DNA from: a virus | Taxonomy: Duplodnaviria > Caudoviricetes | Direction: 5' to 3' (one strand) | Length of the DNA: 63,254 bases | Virus record (IMG/VR): IMGVR_UViG_3300021403_000008 | Span: 1 to 63,254 of that record | Shown: in pieces, positions 38,788 through 47,716 of the stretch | Layout of the letters: every line of letters starts with the position of its first letter | Numbering within the stretch: the stretch's first letter is position 1 | Translations under genes and position numbers: made by a program | Notes under the pieces: generated by a model | Databases searched by the model: none | Seen by the model: only the letters and a program-made list of their open reading frames with translations | Told to the model about the DNA's origin: nothing

Positions 38788-38929
38788 GCGACTACCTAGC
38801 GATGTGCCTAATTGCGTCCTCCGGAGCGCTCGCCATCCTCCTGCTATTCGCGTACGGCTATGAGACGGAGGCCATCCTGCTCTTTACCGCGTGGTTCAGC
38901 TAGGAACAAGGAAACAACAGGAGGTACAA

Positions 38930-39001
38930 ATGAGGTGCTCATACTGCGGGAAGGTCGTCAACCCGTTCAAGGTCCACAAGTGTAAAGGCGGCCATCACTA
39001 G
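38930..39001 (+). CDS. 23 aa zinc-finger-like micropeptide
   Basis: AGGAGGT RBS; MRCSYCGKVVNPFKVHKCKGGHH. Confidence 0.55.
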   Translation: MRCSYCGKVVNPFKVHKCKGGHH

Positions 39002-39224
39002 GAAGGAAGTGCGGAAGCCAAGGCCCGGTGTCCTATGGACATCGGGCCTTTCGCTATCCTAGGAGAGCCGGACTCGTCCGGTCGATGCTCAAGTTCCAGG
39101 TGTCGCGCATCACAACTAAACGGAAGCGCCGGAGGCTAAGGGCACCGATTATGGCGGTGGAACGGCCGTAGCGAACGGATCGTGGCTTGTCACTTCTATC
39201 CGAATCCCTATCCTCCGGCGCGAC

Positions 39225-39764
39225 CTAGCCGGACTCTCCCCACTCGAATCGTGCGCGCCTCGCGCGCTCTAGGCCGTCCCTAGCCCAGTCCGGGACTCCG
39301 AACGGGAAGCCGCTCGTTAGGTGTTCTGTGATAACCGGCGACGGCTCTACGGCCACCCTAGGCCGCTTCATAGGGCAGCCGGAGCTATACGGGTCCCACG
39401 CTACGCCCCAGAGCTTCCCGTGGAAGTGAAGCTGGACAGGCCAGAGGACCGACTGTGGTCCGGGTACCTCTCCGAAGACAACGAGGTCATTCCCGTTACC
39501 GCATTTGGCTAGCGTCTCCGCAATGGCGCATAGCCGGTCGGCCGACTCTGTATTCAGGAATCCCTTTACTTCGGCCCACTGGCCGCATTCAAGATAGAAG
39601 TCAGGGAGATACCGGACGCGGCCGATTCGCGTACTCATCTCATATCCCTGACTCTCATAGAGCCAGGGAATCTGGCACTCATTGTAGAACACGGCCCAGC
39701 GCGCTTCTAGGCGCGACCGGAACCGATATCCGTCATAGCTCGTCTCGATAGCCTTTATCGTCAT
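39225..39764 (-). CDS. PD-(D/E)xK nuclease-like protein
   Basis: FRSRLEARWA...YE...YLPDFYL...EVKG. Confidence 0.8.
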   Translation of the reverse strand: MTIKAIETSYDGYRFRSRLEARWAVFYNECQIPWLYESQGYEMSTRIGRVRYLPDFYLECGQWAEVKGFLNTESADRLCAIAETLAKCGNGNDLVVFGEVPGPQSVLWPVQLHFHGKLWGVAWDPYSSGCPMKRPRVAVEPSPVITEHLTSGFPFGVPDWARDGLERARRARFEWGESG

Positions 39765-39815
39765 GCCTAAGTATAATCCGAGATGACGGTAATTAACTAG
39801 GTAAAGAGAGGCGCC

Positions 39816-40322
39816 ATGAATCAGGGACGCATCACCAAGATCAGGAAGTATGTCCGGATAGCGGACGAGCACGAAGTCAAGGCTTCTGAGCACAACTGGA
39901 TGGCGGCAGAGCTTATCTGGGAAGAGATAGACTCCGGCACTCCCCAGAAGGAAATAGCCCAGGCCATCGGCAAGAGCGAGGCCCACGTCTCTTTCGTCAA
40001 GCGGTGCTGGCAGCTCCGCGTGGTCGATACCGGCCTAGAAGGCTTCGCCTTCGGTGACCTCGGTTCATTCTATGAGTTCTACAACTCGTCTCAGGTACGC
40101 GGCGAGTCGGCCGGAGGCGACCATGGTGGCGGCTCCGGCTCCGGCGACCGTCGTAAGCCGTCTGGCGACTATTCGGCCTCCGGCCTCGTCACCCAGGCCT
40201 ACACCGCCATAGACGCTCTCATCCGGGTACCCTCTCACCACGAGCTACTAACGGACGAGGACCTGGACCGGCTCCGGGAGCTTCCGGCCAGAATACGGGC
40301 TCTCCTGCGGACTATCGGCTAG
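39816..40322 (+). CDS. HTH DNA-binding protein (ParB-type HTH)
   Basis: TPQKEIAQAIGKSEAHVS; TATAAT at 39772. Confidence 0.75.
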   Translation: MNQGRITKIRKYVRIADEHEVKASEHNWMAAELIWEEIDSGTPQKEIAQAIGKSEAHVSFVKRCWQLRVVDTGLEGFAFGDLGSFYEFYNSSQVRGESAGGDHGGGSGSGDRRKPSGDYSASGLVTQAYTAIDALIRVPSHHELLTDEDLDRLRELPARIRALLRTIG

Positions 40323-40332
40323 CCGACCCGAC

Positions 40333-40490
40333 TACTGCGAGTATAGATTGTCGGCTTTGTCCGGACTAACTCCGAGTAATCGAAATTGGTTACTCCGAGT
40401 ATTACCGGCAGCTTATCCGAGTATTCCGGACCCGATTACTCCGCCAGCGGACAATTACCCCCAGTAATCGGGCTCGCTATTATCCGCTAC
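40333..40490. repeat. Array of quasi-palindromic TACT-CCG-AGTA repeats
   Basis: Copies at 40333, 40368, 40391, 40413, degenerate at 40437, 40456, 40480. Confidence 0.7.
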
Positions 40491-40574
40491 TGGCGCTAGG
40501 CTTCCCGACTAAGCGGCTCCGGCCGGAGATGCGACCTCCGCGCCGGAGCCTAGGAACCTACTAGGAGGCTCCCT

Positions 40575-41468
40575 ATGTCGGAGAATAACTCCGCGACCTC
40601 GCGGAGCGCGAGTATCGGCCGATTTATCCGGGCTGCGATTAAGAGGATTATTGGCGGCTTTCTCTGGCTCGTTGTCCTGGTCCCTATTCTCGGCGTGTCG
40701 GCTTACTCGCTTTACTTCATCGGCCGGTACCTCGGAGCGCCACCCTATATCGCCATCGCTTTCTCTACGTGTTTCGACGGCGTGGCGCTATTCGCGGCGC
40801 GTAAGTCCGTCGATTACGCCCAGGCCGGATTGTCCGGGAGCTTCCCGAAGCTCGTGGTGCGCCTGTTCGCGTTTATCGCCGCATTTCTCCAGACCTTCCA
40901 CGCGAAGATCGGCCACGAGCTACCGTGGTCGTGGGTCTTGTGGGCCAGCCTTCCTATCGGCGCGATGCTCGTCTATGAGATGCATATCCGGTGGGAACGT
41001 CGGAAGGCCCTGGCTCGCTCCGGGTCTATCTACCCAGCTCCGCTCCCTTCCTTCGGAATGATGAGCTGGGTCCTCTTCCCGCTCTCCACGCTTAGCAAGC
41101 TCCGGGACATAACCGAAGCGCGGCGTAACGCTCTCGTCACGGCCGCCAACATCGTAGTGGCCGACTTCCAGCGCGAGGCGAGCAAGGTACGGAATACCCG
41201 CGAGCGGCCGGAACCGGCCGCAGAAACCAGCGAGGAAGCCGCTCCGGCCGACGTAGCGCCACCGGAGGTCATCGCGGCGCATCGTGCGCGGCGTACGGCT
41301 CCGGCTAGCCGTCCGGCCTCCGGGACCTGGGAGGCTAAGCGGAAGCCCGACATTCATATCCGGGAATGGGCGCGAGCCCAGCCGGAGTACAAGGGCAGGG
41401 TAGGCGAGCGCGGCCGGGTCCCAGCCGATATCAAGGCAGCCTACAACGCACGGGAAGGTACCGGGTAA
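40575..41468 (+). CDS. DUF2637/SpdA-like membrane protein with C-terminal Lsr2-type DNA-binding domain
   Basis: Four TM helices; IREWARAQ...VGERGRVPADIKAAY. Confidence 0.75.
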   Translation: MSENNSATSRSASIGRFIRAAIKRIIGGFLWLVVLVPILGVSAYSLYFIGRYLGAPPYIAIAFSTCFDGVALFAARKSVDYAQAGLSGSFPKLVVRLFAFIAAFLQTFHAKIGHELPWSWVLWASLPIGAMLVYEMHIRWERRKALARSGSIYPAPLPSFGMMSWVLFPLSTLSKLRDITEARRNALVTAANIVVADFQREASKVRNTRERPEPAAETSEEAAPADVAPPEVIAAHRARRTAPASRPASGTWEAKRKPDIHIREWARAQPEYKGRVGERGRVPADIKAAYNAREGTG

Positions 41469-43138
41469 TGATCGCGGAAGGACTACGCGCGGTCCACGCT
41501 CCGGTATGGATCGTATTCGTCGTCATCTTCGGCCTTTACATCCTGACCGTAGGATGGTGGATGCTTAACGGATACACGCGCGAGCTATTCGGCTCCCCGC
41601 TCCCGCATATGGGCCGGATTCATAAGGTGGTATATAACTTCCACACGGGCCTTCCCGTCAAGAACATGAAGTCTCATGGAGACGGCCGGCACCTCAAGAA
41701 GGTAGCGGGCTCCACGAGCCGTGCGACTCCGGAAGGCGCGACCGTCTATTTCACGCCGTGGAAGCGTTGGCAGCGGGCTCTCCGGAATAACGCCATCATT
41801 ATCATCTGGCTTCTCTCGTCCTGCGGAATGGCGATAGACCCTAAGAACACCGTCCGGGCTATGACGCTCCTGCTCTTCCTCGGAGCTATCGGCCTAGTTG
41901 CCCTACTCGTCCGGAGGAAGCGCGAGCTGGTCAGAAGGTCGCGCCCGGTATCCCGGCCGGCCATCGCCATGACTAAGCCCGCTAAGAACGTCCTAGAAGC
42001 CGACATACTAACCCTAGGCCGGAGGCCGAAGCTAGAAATTGAGGAAGCTCCCCAGCTGGAAGGCGTTGCGCCTTCCGTCCTCGCTAGCCTCCTATCGAGC
42101 CGACTGGGCGTGAGCGCGGCTGAAGTCATGACCCGGCTCCGGATGAGTTCGGAGTCCGGGAGCCTCGTCCTTCCCGATACGTATGCGGCGCTGAAGAAGG
42201 ACCGTGAGACGATTGAGGAAGTCATCGAGGCCCACACCGATGGCAAGGTCCGGTTCGCCTGGAAGACTACGGCTACGCCTCGCGTCCTAGAATGGTATCC
42301 GGTCAAGGTGCCGGTCCTCCCGACCAAGGTCCGTTTCCGGGACCACCTAGACGAGCTAGAGCGGCTAGGAGCCCGTGAGACCGGCCTTGGCCTCCGGGCC
42401 GACAAGTCGCTATACATTCAGAGCCATAACGGCGACCTTCCGTGGTGGTGCCGGTTCATGGGCTCCGGTACCGGGAAGTCTATGAGCTTCCTCGTCAAGG
42501 CCGCGCAGATAGCGCACAAGGACCCGCGAGCCGAGATTCACTGCTTTGATACCAAGCAGGTATCTTTCGAGGCTCTCCACGGAATTCCCGGAATCCATAT
42601 CTATGACAACCCGGTTACCGAGATGGATAAAATCTGGACCGGGCTCTACTCGATTGCCGGCCTGATCGAGTCCCGGTATACGGCTGTCCGTGAGAAGCGT
42701 AAGAAGCTAGAGGAATTCGATGACGTCTGGGTATTCGCGGATGAAGGGAATGACCTAGGCGACCGGCTCAAGACCCACTGGACCAAGACAATGGGCGAGT
42801 CGAGCGCGAGCCCGGCTATCTGGCCCGAAGCTATCGCCGCCATGCTCCGGCAGGGAAGGCAGGCGCGCGTATTCGGAGAGTGGATGTTCCAGGACCTTAC
42901 TGACCGGGCTATGGGCGGCCAGTCCCTCAAGTTCGCATTCGGAGGATTCTGTGCGGCCGGATTCCTTCCCAATCAGTTTGTCCGGACGATTGGTGCTCCG
43001 GCCGAAGAGTGCCTAGAAGGCCCTGGGCGTATACTTGTATGTCAAGGGAACAAGCGTACGTGGACTCAGGGCTTCTACGATGATGAGCAATGGCTCCACG
43101 ACTACGCGCTAGAGAACAGAAGGGAAATGGCGGCATGA
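41468..43138 (+). CDS. FtsK/SpoIIIE-like (TraB-type) membrane ATPase
   Basis: N-terminal TMs; GSGTGKS, CFDTK, VFADE, LRQGRQAR arginine finger, Q sensor, GPGR. Confidence 0.8.
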   Translation: MIAEGLRAVHAPVWIVFVVIFGLYILTVGWWMLNGYTRELFGSPLPHMGRIHKVVYNFHTGLPVKNMKSHGDGRHLKKVAGSTSRATPEGATVYFTPWKRWQRALRNNAIIIIWLLSSCGMAIDPKNTVRAMTLLLFLGAIGLVALLVRRKRELVRRSRPVSRPAIAMTKPAKNVLEADILTLGRRPKLEIEEAPQLEGVAPSVLASLLSSRLGVSAAEVMTRLRMSSESGSLVLPDTYAALKKDRETIEEVIEAHTDGKVRFAWKTTATPRVLEWYPVKVPVLPTKVRFRDHLDELERLGARETGLGLRADKSLYIQSHNGDLPWWCRFMGSGTGKSMSFLVKAAQIAHKDPRAEIHCFDTKQVSFEALHGIPGIHIYDNPVTEMDKIWTGLYSIAGLIESRYTAVREKRKKLEEFDDVWVFADEGNDLGDRLKTHWTKTMGESSASPAIWPEAIAAMLRQGRQARVFGEWMFQDLTDRAMGGQSLKFAFGGFCAAGFLPNQFVRTIGAPAEECLEGPGRILVCQGNKRTWTQGFYDDEQWLHDYALENRREMAA

Positions 43139-43578
43139 TTGGGAAGTATGCGAACTGGTGCCGGAAGCGAGGACGGACGGCGAACTGCTCTCCGGTTCTC
43201 GGAGTCCTCGCCATCCTAGTGGTGGCGGCCGTGACGGTCTACGTGTACCGGGAGGTAATCCTCCAGACTCTGCTGACGGCTCTACTCGCCATCGCAGCCG
43301 TCTGCGCCATCGTGGCCCTAGGAGCCCTGACGCTCTCGACGGTCCAGTGGTACCGGAGGCGAGCCCGGAAGCTCGCAGCGGCCACTACGGCTCCGGCCGT
43401 CGAGGAAGTCCAGGACACGCCCAACTGGCCGGCCAAGGACGCGGCCGACTGGGCGATGAACAAGCCGTCCACGGACGTGGACGAGGCGGCCATCTCGGAG
43501 GAAGCCGACTGGCTAGCCTCCGGCGTGGAGCTGGCGTTCGGCCCGGACGGCAAGCTGAAGGCCAAGGGAGGAAGCTAG
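43135..43578 (+). CDS. Two-TM membrane protein
   Basis: ATGA overlap with ATPase gene. Confidence 0.7.
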   Translation: MIGKYANWCRKRGRTANCSPVLGVLAILVVAAVTVYVYREVILQTLLTALLAIAAVCAIVALGALTLSTVQWYRRRARKLAAATTAPAVEEVQDTPNWPAKDAADWAMNKPSTDVDEAAISEEADWLASGVELAFGPDGKLKAKGGS

Positions 43579-43579
43579 C

Positions 43580-43798
43580 ATGCGCGCGGTGGCCGTGACC
43601 CTCGTCCTCCTAGCCGTCCCGCTAGGACACCAGGTCATCGGCCACCGCGTCCATCTCCGGCTGCTCCGTCGATACGCTCCCCTAACTCCCCACGAGCTAC
43701 GTCACGCGACCCGGAGCCGTCCTCTCCGGCTCGCGGCTGACGGAGCCTGGCTCGCTTACCTCGCGGGTGTCCTCGTCCTCGCGCTCTGCCTCCGCTGA
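43580..43798 (+). CDS. Small membrane protein
   Basis: GGAGG RBS; hydrophobic ends. Confidence 0.55.
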   Translation: MRAVAVTLVLLAVPLGHQVIGHRVHLRLLRRYAPLTPHELRHATRSRPLRLAADGAWLAYLAGVLVLALCLR

Positions 43799-43873
43799 AG
43801 AAAGTTTGCGGAATCCTTCGCCAACCCTTCAAATCTAGGGTAAGCTTGCCCTAGGCAAGCGAAAGGCGAGAAA

Positions 43874-44398
43874 ATGAAAATCACGATAGCGAAGCGGAAC
43901 GGTGTGGAGGAAGTCCACAAGGCCGGATGCCGGGACCTCAAGAACAAGCGCGGCTGGGACTCTGACCGCGAGGACTACAGCTTTGAGGCTGAGACGCTCG
44001 CGGACGTGTACCGCGACTACTGGCAGTGTATCGACGTTGAGAACGTCGGAGAGGGTCACTACCCGACCGTAGAGCACGTCTGGTGGGCGTGGCGGAGCGA
44101 GTTTGACGTGAAGCCGTGCGCCGCGAGTCTCCCGGAGATGGATGAGCCCGGAACCGAGAGCCCGAAGGCTAGCAAGAGCGAGGCCAAGAACGATCTCGCG
44201 CGGAGGCTCGTCCTCGCGGCCCAGGCGATGGTGGCAAACCTAGACGAGTCGGATGCGGCGCTGAGCGGGCTCTCCCGCGAAGAGGCCGGCCAGTTCGTAG
44301 CTAACTGGCTCCACTCGCTCCCGACCGGAGGCCGCGACGGCGAGCGCTGGTGGGAGACGGAGCTACCGCGTCCGGCGACGGCCGACTGGAAGCGCTGA
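43874..44398 (+). CDS. Hypothetical protein with Trp-rich C-terminal module
   Basis: WLHSLPTGG...RWW...LPRPATADW; own promoter TAAGCT 43841. Confidence 0.8.
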   Translation: MKITIAKRNGVEEVHKAGCRDLKNKRGWDSDREDYSFEAETLADVYRDYWQCIDVENVGEGHYPTVEHVWWAWRSEFDVKPCAASLPEMDEPGTESPKASKSEAKNDLARRLVLAAQAMVANLDESDAALSGLSREEAGQFVANWLHSLPTGGRDGERWWETELPRPATADWKR

Positions 44399-44399
44399 A

Positions 44400-44484
44400 A
44401 AAGTTTGAAGAAAGTCAGGCCCGGAGGGAACGTCCTCCGGGCTTCTGGCGTTATACTTGACGTAGGCAATCGAGAGGCGAGAAA
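44400..44484 (+). promoter_or_regulatory. Hairpin-promoter-RBS cassette
   Basis: AAAGTTTG; IR 44419-44427/44434-44442; TATACT 44452; GAGAGGCGAG. Confidence 0.75.
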
Positions 44485-44931
44485 ATGAGCGAGATGACTA
44501 GGGCTGAGGCGAAGGCCCGTTACTACGCGGAGCGCGTAGCCGGATATATGGGCTTCCGGGCCGACGTCAAGGTGGACCAGGAGGCCGCGAGCTTCTATAG
44601 CGACGGCCGTGTGATGTTCCCGGCTAGCGAAGTCGCCTGGGTCACGATCGTTGACGAGTCGTGGATGGGCGACCGGATTATGGCCGGCTGGAGGACGTAC
44701 CTCCCGGAGGCCGGGATGACTGACTGGGACGGGAAGCCGCTCCGGAGCACGACCCGGCTAGTCGGAGCCTCCAAGATTCGCGGGTGCCCTTCCCGGAAGC
44801 GTCCGAAGTCCGTAGTCCGGATCAAGAACGAGACTCACTTTGCCCGTGAGGTCGGATATCTCCGGCTTACGGACGAGGTACGCCGCGAGATAGCCGCTGA
44901 GAAGGCCGCGAAGGTAGCGGACGAAAAATAA
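44485..44931 (+). CDS. Hypothetical protein
   Basis: Cassette-driven ORF. Confidence 0.75.
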   Translation: MSEMTRAEAKARYYAERVAGYMGFRADVKVDQEAASFYSDGRVMFPASEVAWVTIVDESWMGDRIMAGWRTYLPEAGMTDWDGKPLRSTTRLVGASKIRGCPSRKRPKSVVRIKNETHFAREVGYLRLTDEVRREIAAEKAAKVADEK

Positions 44932-44932
44932 T

Positions 44933-45015
44933 CAAACTTTCCGGCCCGGTAGGGAGTATCTACCGGGCCGGTGGCGTTATACTTGACGTAGGACGAACGA
45001 GCGAGAGGCGAGGAA
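44933..45015 (+). promoter_or_regulatory. Hairpin-promoter-RBS cassette
   Basis: IR 44941-44952/44960-44971; 21-mer TGGCGTTATACTTGACGTAGG identical to 44446-44466. Confidence 0.75.
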
Positions 45016-45168
45016 ATGTTGAAGAACGGTACTCCGGTTAAGGTCCGTTACGAGAGCGGGACGTTTGACGCGTCGGTTGTGAAGTGGGCTCCGGACCTAG
45101 GCGGGTACGTCCTCCTAGTCGGTGGCGAGCAGTGGATCGCTCCGAAGTCCGACGTGTCGGCCCGTTAA
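45016..45168 (+). CDS. 50 aa hypothetical protein
   Basis: Translated by hand (MLKNGTPVKVRY...); follows GAGAGGCGAG. Confidence 0.65.
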   Translation: MLKNGTPVKVRYESGTFDASVVKWAPDLGGYVLLVGGEQWIAPKSDVSAR

Positions 45169-45181
45169 GAGAGGCGAGGAA

Positions 45182-45466
45182 ATGAGTGACCTTCGGTTCC
45201 TCTTCCCGGTAGCGTACGATGCCGGATGGCAGTTTGAGCGCTTCGGTACTAAGCCGGCAATCCGGTTCGGAGCCTTCCTGTCCGATGACCCGGACGCGGG
45301 AAGTAAGCACGCGGAGTATTCGGCCTTCTGCGAAGGGATGAGCGACGGTACCCGTGCCCGGTGGGCGGCCGGAGGCGCGACGGAGCGGGAGCGCGAGCTT
45401 CTAGAGCGGGTACACGCGGCTCAGGCCGCTCGCGGTATCGTCCCGCTGCCGATGCCTCCGCGATAG
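45182..45466 (+). CDS. Hypothetical protein
   Basis: GAGAGGCGAG before ATG 45182. Confidence 0.7.
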   Translation: MSDLRFLFPVAYDAGWQFERFGTKPAIRFGAFLSDDPDAGSKHAEYSAFCEGMSDGTRARWAAGGATERERELLERVHAAQAARGIVPLPMPPR

Positions 45467-45504
45467 ATCGGCCCGGCTGGCCCTAGATGCCGCTAGCCGG
45501 AGCG

Positions 45505-45550
45505 CGGCCGGATTCCGAGAAAGTTTGAGGAATCCGGCCGTTTTGCTTTT
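45505..45550 (+). terminator. Intrinsic terminator-like hairpin
   Basis: CGGCCGGATTCC/GGAATCCGGCCG followed by TTTTGCTTTT. Confidence 0.6.
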
Positions 45551-45609
45551 CAGGACATCAAACTTCGGGTAGCCTTGCCGTAGGCGAGTTTGAAAGAGGC
45601 GAGGACGAG

Positions 45610-45960
45610 ATGGCTTACTACCGGGCCGGTGGCGATAAGCGGGGAAACGCCGCGAGCCGTAGGGCACGGAAGCAGTGGATGCTCGGAGCCATCGAGGACC
45701 GGACCCTAGGCTGGGCTCCGTTCGGCGGGAACGGCACGACCGTAAATTGCGTGTTCTGCCGGGAGCTTCTAACCTTCGCGACCGTCGAGGCCGACCGGAT
45801 TGTGGCCGGCGGCTCCTACCGGCGTGAGAACGTTCAGCCCGCGTGCCGCGCGTGTAACCTCGCGAGGTCCGACGATGACCTGACCGTGGAGGAAGTCGCG
45901 GAGCGAGTCCTGCTGACTGTGAGCCGTACCGGCCGTAAGACTCCGGCTCTCGCGGTATAA
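45610..45960 (+). CDS. HNH endonuclease-like protein
   Basis: CVFC...EADRI..GGSYRRENVQPACRACN. Confidence 0.75.
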   Translation: MAYYRAGGDKRGNAASRRARKQWMLGAIEDRTLGWAPFGGNGTTVNCVFCRELLTFATVEADRIVAGGSYRRENVQPACRACNLARSDDDLTVEEVAERVLLTVSRTGRKTPALAV

Positions 45961-45981
45961 TTGAGGAAGGCGAAAGGCGAG

Positions 45982-46446
45982 ATGGTGAAACTGACGAGCG
46001 ACTGGGCGACGGAGCGGTGTGAGAAGCACGATATGGTGTCGTGCGGGGACTGCCTAGACCAGAAGCGTATGCGGCGTACGGCTACCGGCGAGGTCCGGTA
46101 CCAAGGCGACTGCTCCGTGGATACCTTCCGCGAGATAACCGGCTGTGACTATGACTTCGCGGCCGAAGTCCTCCACGAGGCCGGATTCACTCCAGGGCAG
46201 GGTACCCGCGCCACGGACCTCGTAAAGGCATTCGAGTCTGTGGGCTTCCGGGTAACCGACGTAACGTTCATGGGCCTAGACGAGGCCCTACTTCAGAGCG
46301 CCCACGGCCGCGACTTCTTTGTGGCCGGGTGGACCCGGAGCCGGAATCCGGAAGGTCACGCCTGGACGATTACCGGAGGGAAGGTCCGGCGAGACTTCCT
46401 CCGTCACAAGAGGATTGTGTTCAAGATGTTCGAGGTCACGGCCTAG
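45982..46446 (+). CDS. Hypothetical protein (Cys/His motifs)
   Basis: TATAAT 45956 and GAAAGGCGAG upstream. Confidence 0.65.
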   Translation: MVKLTSDWATERCEKHDMVSCGDCLDQKRMRRTATGEVRYQGDCSVDTFREITGCDYDFAAEVLHEAGFTPGQGTRATDLVKAFESVGFRVTDVTFMGLDEALLQSAHGRDFFVAGWTRSRNPEGHAWTITGGKVRRDFLRHKRIVFKMFEVTA

Positions 46447-46520
46447 GGTCGCGCAATGCGTCCTATGCGCGTATACTTGAGATAGCCCGGCCGGACGGCC
46501 GGAGCGGAAAGGCGAGGATC

Positions 46521-47474
46521 ATGGAACTAAGCAGCGTACTCCGTAAGGTCCGGGCTCTTGTAGAGAAAGCCGAACACCCGGAGACTCCGAAGGCAGAGGC
46601 CGACGCGTGCCGCGCCAAGGCTGATAAGATGATGGAGAAGTACGCCATCGAGGAATGGCAGGCGATGCAGAAGGCCGACAAGGGCACCAAGCCGACGCGG
46701 ATCAAGATCGACATTGGCGAAGGTGACTCCGGCTTCCTCTCCCAGACGGCCTTGCTCGTGAACATCGTCGCAGACTACTGCCGCTGCTCGTCCGTATGGA
46801 TGGCGGGCTCCGGAGTCCGTGGCCTAATTCCCGGCCGCCAGGAGTACTGCTGGGTCTACGGCTATGAGTCGGACCTCCGGTATTTTGAGCTTCTTTTCAC
46901 GACCGTGTTCCTCCACGTCTCTGACCTCATCTTCCCGAAGCCGGACCCCAGCCTATCGCGCGGCGAGAATATCCGCGAGCTTCGGAATGGCGGCCTGAAC
47001 TGGAACGAGATAGCCGAAGCCTACGGCTGGCGGCTCCAGGCCCGTAACGGATCCAAGACCACTTACCGGGATAAGGACTCCGACGAAGTGGCGACGTGGA
47101 GCAAGGTCGTGGGCAAGATCAAGTCCGACTACGCGAAGGAAATCAAGTCACGCGGCGAGGAACCGTTCACGCTAGGCCGTGGCGGAGCCGGTAACGCGAA
47201 CTTCCGCCACAACTCCATTAATGGGTACCTAACCCGTCTCCGGCAGCGGCTCCAGGAGCAGGCCGGTAGGCGCGGAACCGGCACGGAGCTAGTCCTAGCC
47301 GACCGGACCCAGAACATCACCGCGATGATGGCGGAGGACTTCCCGGAGATGAAGACCGCCAGGAACAAGACCGCGAAGTACAACCCGGAGGCTTACGCTC
47401 GCGGCGTACGCCATGCCAACACGGCAAGCCTCGCTCCGGAGGCCGGAGCCGCTACCCGGAAGGGACTCCAGTGA
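46521..47474 (+). CDS. DUF2786-like protein
   Basis: LRKVRALVEKAE...EADA...KADKMMEKYAI; VYGYESD. Confidence 0.8.
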   Translation: MELSSVLRKVRALVEKAEHPETPKAEADACRAKADKMMEKYAIEEWQAMQKADKGTKPTRIKIDIGEGDSGFLSQTALLVNIVADYCRCSSVWMAGSGVRGLIPGRQEYCWVYGYESDLRYFELLFTTVFLHVSDLIFPKPDPSLSRGENIRELRNGGLNWNEIAEAYGWRLQARNGSKTTYRDKDSDEVATWSKVVGKIKSDYAKEIKSRGEEPFTLGRGGAGNANFRHNSINGYLTRLRQRLQEQAGRRGTGTELVLADRTQNITAMMAEDFPEMKTARNKTAKYNPEAYARGVRHANTASLAPEAGAATRKGLQ

Positions 47475-47716
47475 AACGGAAGCTCGCGATGGTGTGGGCC
47501 GCGCTCTGCGGCCTCACCGTCGCCTTCCTCGTAATCGTCTGGTTTACCCTCCCGACCGGAGATTCATTCTGGGCGATGGCTAAGGCCGCGACGGTAGGAG
47601 TAACCCTGATGATGCCGGCCGTCCGGTACCTCCAGAGGACTCCGGCCGACCGTGAGAAGCTCCGCGAGCTTCGCGACATAGACCGGAAGCTAGATCAGAT
47701 CGATGGGAGAAACTGA
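47471..47716 (+). CDS. Membrane protein
   Basis: Two TMs; GTGA overlap. Confidence 0.6.
   Translation: MKRKLAMVWAALCGLTVAFLVIVWFTLPTGDSFWAMAKAATVGVTLMMPAVRYLQRTPADREKLRELRDIDRKLDQIDGRN

Noticed and set aside
39105-39140. ACAACTAAACG as a tmRNA resume region
   Set aside because: No tRNA-like acceptor or T-arm and no tag-like peptide
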